NCBI GenBank assembly: GCA_043813915.1
Contig: JBDRKO010000009.1
Location: 1-56,744, forward strand
Reading direction: 5' to 3'
DNA from: Candidatus Omnitrophota bacterium
Lineage (GTDB): Bacteria > Omnitrophota > Gorgyraeia > Tantalellales > Tantalellaceae
DNA length: 56,744 nucleotides
Under the pieces are notes generated by a model, which was not told where the DNA came from, searched no databases, and was given only the letters and a program-made list of their open reading frames with translations. A program made the translations under genes and the position numbers. How positions within the stretch are numbered: the stretch's first letter is position 1; each line of letters starts with the position of its first letter. Positions 52,280 through 56,744 of the stretch are shown here, piece by piece.

Positions 52280-54190
52280 TCAGAACAACTTATACATCTT
52301 ATCCCGCATCAGCTTATTATCATCGGGAACGACCGGTTCGCTCTTATCATCTAGCGCGCTCGTGATCTTATCGGACATATCTTTTCCGGGAACCGCTATC
52401 TTTATATACCCTTTAACCTGAAGTCCTTGAACGAACTTTTCATACTTAGTGATCTTCCCGGTTCTCTTATCCGGCATAAATATCAAGACTTTTTTACCTG
52501 AAGATACCGCTTCCGAGACCATCGATATGCTTTCCCCCGACACTATAACAACATCACTTTCCGAAAGCACGTTCCTGACGGTATCGGGGTTTTCGTCGCT
52601 CGTGCCTACAACAAATCGTCTGCATCTTTTACTGTCTGACATTATATCCCTGAGAATACGCTCTGTCGAGGGGGAGGTCCTTCTAGAAGTGGTAACGCTG
52701 AAATATCCGTCTTTTTTCCCGCAGACTTTCGTTATTACGTCAGCTACGGAACGCGTGAGCGAGTCACTGAAAGTAAAATGTTTGTTCTCTCCGCCGAATA
52801 AAAGTCCGACACATGCTTTTGCGTCACTCTCCACTTTACTAGACGATCGCTCTATCAAATTCGGGGCCAATTCGGTTATGACAATATTGTCCCTTCTTGC
52901 GCTCTTGATATCGTGACGGAGAACGATAATAAGATCGAATGCTCTTCTATTGAGAAATCCCGGATCCATCACGGTCAGGTTGCGCGCGTAATTCTCTATT
53001 TTCAACGCCTTATTAACGCCGGCGAGGGCCGATCCCGAACTTACTATAACATCCGCGTATCTCGCGGCAAGGTCACGGAAACAATCCTTTTCCAGTGCGC
53101 GGGACAGGCATAATAGCCGGCCCTGGGAATTACCGTTTATAAAAGGCGTTGCCAGAAAAAATAATATGCGAGATAATTTGCTCTTATACTTAACGTCCGC
53201 TATCTCCACTTCCAGATCTTTATCTTTGTAGCCTTCGTCCCTTCTGTAATTCTTTATCTGCTCAACCGCCGCAAGCGATTGATTTAAATGCCCCTTCTTT
53301 CCGTCATTGAGAACAAGTATTTTCTTTAAGGGCGTAGCTTTCCATCTTTTATGCATCCACAGCCATTGCCCGGGGTCTTCCCTTATATGCTTCTCCAGCA
53401 ACCTGTTATATTCTTCCATATAGGGGACGATGTCCTCATCTTTTTTTATTATCATCGGCGGTTCCACCACTACTTCATGATACGGCCCTTTACGGCGGTG
53501 TGTAAAAGCCGGAACTATTATTGACCCGCATTTTTGAGCGAATTTATACGGTCCCATAGCGGATGAAGCGGGCCGGCCGAAAAGATCTATCAGCCTGCCG
53601 TTCGCTCCGGCATTTTGATCCGCGAGTATCCCCAACCCTTTTCCGCTTTTGAGGACATTGAAGATGGACCTGATATCCGCGCCTTTTCTAATAACAATAT
53701 TTCCCTGCTTTTCCCTTAAAGCGTTAAAAAGCTCATTCAGCCTTTTCATTTTCTGATCCCTGGCAAGAATATGCAAAGGATACCCTTTTTTTACACTGGC
53801 GATAATGCTCAATTCCCAGTTCCCGAAATGCCCGGATAAAAGTATCATGCCGCCCGGATTACCCGAAACTTTTTTAAGATTGTCAAGATTAGACACCTTT
53901 ACGTATTTATCGATGTATTTATCGTCCACCTTGGTAAAAGACACGATCTCCATAAAGACCTGCGTCATGTTCATGTAGGCGTTTTTCACGATACGCTTTA
54001 TTTGTTTGGGTGTTTTTTCACGGCAAAAAGCCGCTTTGATATTAGCATATGTGACATGCTTACGCCTGCCGCTTAAAAGGCATGCCAAAGACCCAAACCG
54101 TCTGCCCAGCCATAGGTTGAACCCTATCGGCATTACATGAAATACCGCGTTAAGCCCGCGCACCAGGACTGATGCTATTAAGTCCAGCAT
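52280..54190 (-). CDS. Fusion of an LpxL-type acyltransferase and an ELM1-like (putative glycosyltransferase) domain
   Basis: HFGNWEL...QWLWMHKRWK, then LNDGKKGHLNQS, TTSRRT, VSGESISMVSEAVSSGK. Confidence 0.82.
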   Translation of the reverse strand: MLDLIASVLVRGLNAVFHVMPIGFNLWLGRRFGSLACLLSGRRKHVTYANIKAAFCREKTPKQIKRIVKNAYMNMTQVFMEIVSFTKVDDKYIDKYVKVSNLDNLKKVSGNPGGMILLSGHFGNWELSIIASVKKGYPLHILARDQKMKRLNELFNALREKQGNIVIRKGADIRSIFNVLKSGKGLGILADQNAGANGRLIDLFGRPASSAMGPYKFAQKCGSIIVPAFTHRRKGPYHEVVVEPPMIIKKDEDIVPYMEEYNRLLEKHIREDPGQWLWMHKRWKATPLKKILVLNDGKKGHLNQSLAAVEQIKNYRRDEGYKDKDLEVEIADVKYKSKLSRILFFLATPFINGNSQGRLLCLSRALEKDCFRDLAARYADVIVSSGSALAGVNKALKIENYARNLTVMDPGFLNRRAFDLIIVLRHDIKSARRDNIVITELAPNLIERSSSKVESDAKACVGLLFGGENKHFTFSDSLTRSVADVITKVCGKKDGYFSVTTSRRTSPSTERILRDIMSDSKRCRRFVVGTSDENPDTVRNVLSESDVVIVSGESISMVSEAVSSGKKVLIFMPDKRTGKITKYEKFVQGLQVKGYIKIAVPGKDMSDKITSALDDKSEPVVPDDNKLMRDKMYKLF

Positions 54191-55217
54191 TGAGCTTTTC
54201 CCTTCCTTCTGTTACGTCAATATTTATATCCACTATAAAAAGTTTGTCCTCTATACCTGATATATCCAGTCCCTTTATTTTTACGTAATCCTTAGCGGTA
54301 GTTATGATCTTTTCTACACCGGCTTCGCGGCACCTTCTGAGTATACGGTCTATATCCTTCTGCCTATACGCATAGTGGTCCGAAAAATCAAAACGAAGTG
54401 CGATCTTGGCGCCTTTCCGGCTGATCATAAGATTGAAATAGTCGGGGTCGGCGAGGCCGCTTACAGCGCATATTTTTGACAGCGAAAGGCTTTTCGGGGA
54501 ATATATGGCGCCCGTAACATCCTTGACATGGATTATATTGTGCCTGGTGATAATAACAGGCACTCCGGGAGCCAGAGCTTTGATCTTTTTTATTAAGATC
54601 TCTTTAGCGTATTCGTCTGTTTTGTCCGTTTTTGTCAGGACTATCATATCGGCCCTTTTGAGCGCGGACCTAGGTTCCCTAAGCACGCCTCTGGGGAAAA
54701 GAGCAAAGTTCCCGAAAGGAGAGGCCGCGTCCAGAAGAAGGATGTTCATATCCCTCTTTATACGCCGGTGCTGAAAACCGTCGTCCAGTATAATGATATC
54801 GTTACCGTTACGTACGGCGGACTGGGCCGCGCGGACCCTGTCCTGCCCGGAAAATACGGGGACACCTTCTAGTTCGTCCCTTAGCATACGGTCCTCATCC
54901 CTGCCGTACCCCCGCGCAAGAATAGCCGGCTTTGCGCCGCGGGAGATAAAATGGTCCGCTAACAATATTACAAAAGGGGTTTTCCCCGTACCGCCGAGCG
55001 TTATATTGCCGACGCTTATTACCGGCACACCGGCTGAATATTCTTCCCTTAAGCCTCTCCGATATGCCTGGTCCACTAAAGCCACGCAAATGGCATAGAC
55101 CCACGAGATCACGCGCAGAGCGCCTTTCAAGATAAACGGAATAACGCCTTGGCGCTTATCTTTCATCACGGACAGGAGATACATCTTTAAACTATCCATA
55201 TTATCACTCGGCTCCAT
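54150..55217 (-). CDS. lpxK: Tetraacyldisaccharide 4'-kinase (start may be 55199)
   Basis: ISVGNITLGGTGKTP, RGYG, LDDGFQH, P.G.LRE, DHY, TTAKD. Confidence 0.96.
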   Translation of the reverse strand: MEPSDNMDSLKMYLLSVMKDKRQGVIPFILKGALRVISWVYAICVALVDQAYRRGLREEYSAGVPVISVGNITLGGTGKTPFVILLADHFISRGAKPAILARGYGRDEDRMLRDELEGVPVFSGQDRVRAAQSAVRNGNDIIILDDGFQHRRIKRDMNILLLDAASPFGNFALFPRGVLREPRSALKRADMIVLTKTDKTDEYAKEILIKKIKALAPGVPVIITRHNIIHVKDVTGAIYSPKSLSLSKICAVSGLADPDYFNLMISRKGAKIALRFDFSDHYAYRQKDIDRILRRCREAGVEKIITTAKDYVKIKGLDISGIEDKLFIVDINIDVTEGREKLNAGLNSISPGARA

Positions 55218-55244
55218 TCATTAGAGATATTCCGGGTCGAGAAC

Positions 55245-56513
55245 TCATAAATACCCGGTTACGAGGTCCATCGTCCTTTCGGCCGCGCCCTGGTTATCCA
55301 AAACAGCCTCCCTGGCATTTTCGGACATATCTTTTCTTTTATCTTCGTTGTTCAAAAGATCATTAACCGCATTTTCAAGTTCTTTCGCGTTTCTGACCCT
55401 GACAGCCGCTCCCTTTTCCAGAAAGATACGGCTCACTTCTTTAAAATTATACATATGGGGCCCGAAAATTATCGCTTTACCCCATACCGCCGGTTCTATG
55501 GGGTTCTGGCCGCCACGTTTCGCTATACTTCCTCCCACAAAAATTATGTCGCCTAGGGCATACAGGTCCTTTAAGTGACCGATCGTATCCACTATAAGCA
55601 CATCACACCCGGGCCCGGCCGTTTCCCCTCTATTGAGTATATCCGAAAGATACCTGTATGTGAGACCTTGTTCCCGTATATACCCGGACACTTTCTTTTT
55701 TCTTCCGATATGCCTTGGGGCCAATATAAGTTTTACGTTCTCCTTCTTTTTTTTCAATTTCGCGTATATACCCAGAACTATCTTCTCTTCCGGATGATGT
55801 GTGCTCCCGGCTATTACAACAGTGTCCCCTTTATCAATGAACACCCGGTCTCTGGAAATGGATAGGCTCCCTATGCCCTGGACCTTCTCTTCGAATTTCA
55901 TGTTCCCTGACACAAAAACATTCTGACGAAGAGCCCCAAGCATTCCGATCCTTGAAGCATCCGACGGCGTCTGCATAGAAAAGCGGTCCACCTTTGACAA
56001 TATCCTCTTCACGATAGGTCCTATCATACGGTAATTTCTGAACGAAGCGTCAGATAGCCTTCCGTTAACCATGACCACCGGGATCTTACGCGCGCTTAGC
56101 TCTTCCAGCATATTCGGCCAGAGCTCGGTCTCCACCATTATATATAACCTAGGGTTTATGAACCGAACGACCTTTCTCACCACGAAACTGATATCCATGG
56201 GATAATAGAACACCATATCCGCCGAGTCCGCTCCCGTACCTCGGACTATACTGTTTCCCGTGGGCGTTGTGGTAGAGATCACGATGGGAATGTCCCTGCG
56301 GATGTTCTTTATACGCCTTGCCAGTTTGACGGCGACAATAGCCTCTCCGACGCTGACAGCGTGTATCCAAACCGGCCTTTCGGACGTCTCCGTCCGTTTG
56401 GGCAGAAAGCCCATCTTCTGGAAAAATCCCCTGTGCCATTTTCCTTTTAAAAGGAGATACGGCACATAAGCCAGACTAAAAATAATAAAAAAAATGTCGT
56501 ATAATAGTTTCAT
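55245..56513 (-). CDS. waaA: Kdo transferase
   Basis: WIHAVSVGE, ETELWPN, AGSTH, LAPRH, GGQNPIEPA. Confidence 0.96.
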   Translation of the reverse strand: MKLLYDIFFIIFSLAYVPYLLLKGKWHRGFFQKMGFLPKRTETSERPVWIHAVSVGEAIVAVKLARRIKNIRRDIPIVISTTTPTGNSIVRGTGADSADMVFYYPMDISFVVRKVVRFINPRLYIMVETELWPNMLEELSARKIPVVMVNGRLSDASFRNYRMIGPIVKRILSKVDRFSMQTPSDASRIGMLGALRQNVFVSGNMKFEEKVQGIGSLSISRDRVFIDKGDTVVIAGSTHHPEEKIVLGIYAKLKKKKENVKLILAPRHIGRKKKVSGYIREQGLTYRYLSDILNRGETAGPGCDVLIVDTIGHLKDLYALGDIIFVGGSIAKRGGQNPIEPAVWGKAIIFGPHMYNFKEVSRIFLEKGAAVRVRNAKELENAVNDLLNNEDKRKDMSENAREAVLDNQGAAERTMDLVTGYL

Positions 56514-56592
56514 GATTGCCTATCGCATAGCGCATGGCATAGCAGTTTAAAAAGTTAAAAGGTTTTAAAAGTTAAAAAGTCCATATAATTCG

Positions 56593-56744
56593 CCGTGAAC
56601 CGAAAGAGATGATATGTTAAAGTGTCAGGTTTTCCAGTAAGGTATACTTCCTTTGTTGGAAGCATACCAAAACAAGGAGGAAAACATGACCATATCTACT
56701 CTACAATTGAACAAAGTCGATACCTCTGTTGGTATCGATGTTGA
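56593..56744 (+). mobile_element. Probable left end of an IS110-family element with the transposase N-terminus (CDS from 56686, truncated)
   Basis: AAGGAGG SD, then ATG 56686 MTISTLQLNKVDTSVGIDV(D/E); GID matches the first DEDD motif. A hairpin GGTATACTTCC/GGAAGCATACC precedes the SD. This is the only plausible + strand gene start, and only 19 full codons are visible. Confidence 0.6.

Overview
This is a gene-dense bacterial chromosomal segment with essentially all genes on the minus strand. The gene content and the giant repeat protein suggest a diderm anaerobe such as Candidatus Omnitrophota (inference). From left to right: a truncated giant secreted repeat protein with an embedded GH5-like domain (absent from the ORF track because it runs off the window), comEC/comEA, leuS, speB/speD, carB, proS-ispG-rseP-dxr-cdsA-uppS, an OmpA/MotB lipoprotein, purA, a DRE-TIM synthase, serA, an aminotransferase, clpP, tig, hpf, and a long LPS/Kdo/queuosine region (lptB, lptC/A-like, acyltransferase, queFECD, kdsCDAB, rfaE1, trxA, GT9/GT4 genes, lpxK, waaA). 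The window ends in the first 19-20 codons of a probable IS110-family transposase. The most unusual feature is non-coding. About 15 junctions between co-oriented housekeeping genes hold mosaics built from a small kit of recurring folded modules (A-K) joined by 7-nt-periodic tracts. Several unrelated modules share GNA triloops, tandem G.A pairs and G.T wobbles on the + strand, which points to selection for single-strand, probably ssDNA, folding. The repeats invade gene ends, start regions and even the ispG coding sequence, and they show sequence links to the IS110 junction. All family calls come from motif recognition by eye, with no database search.
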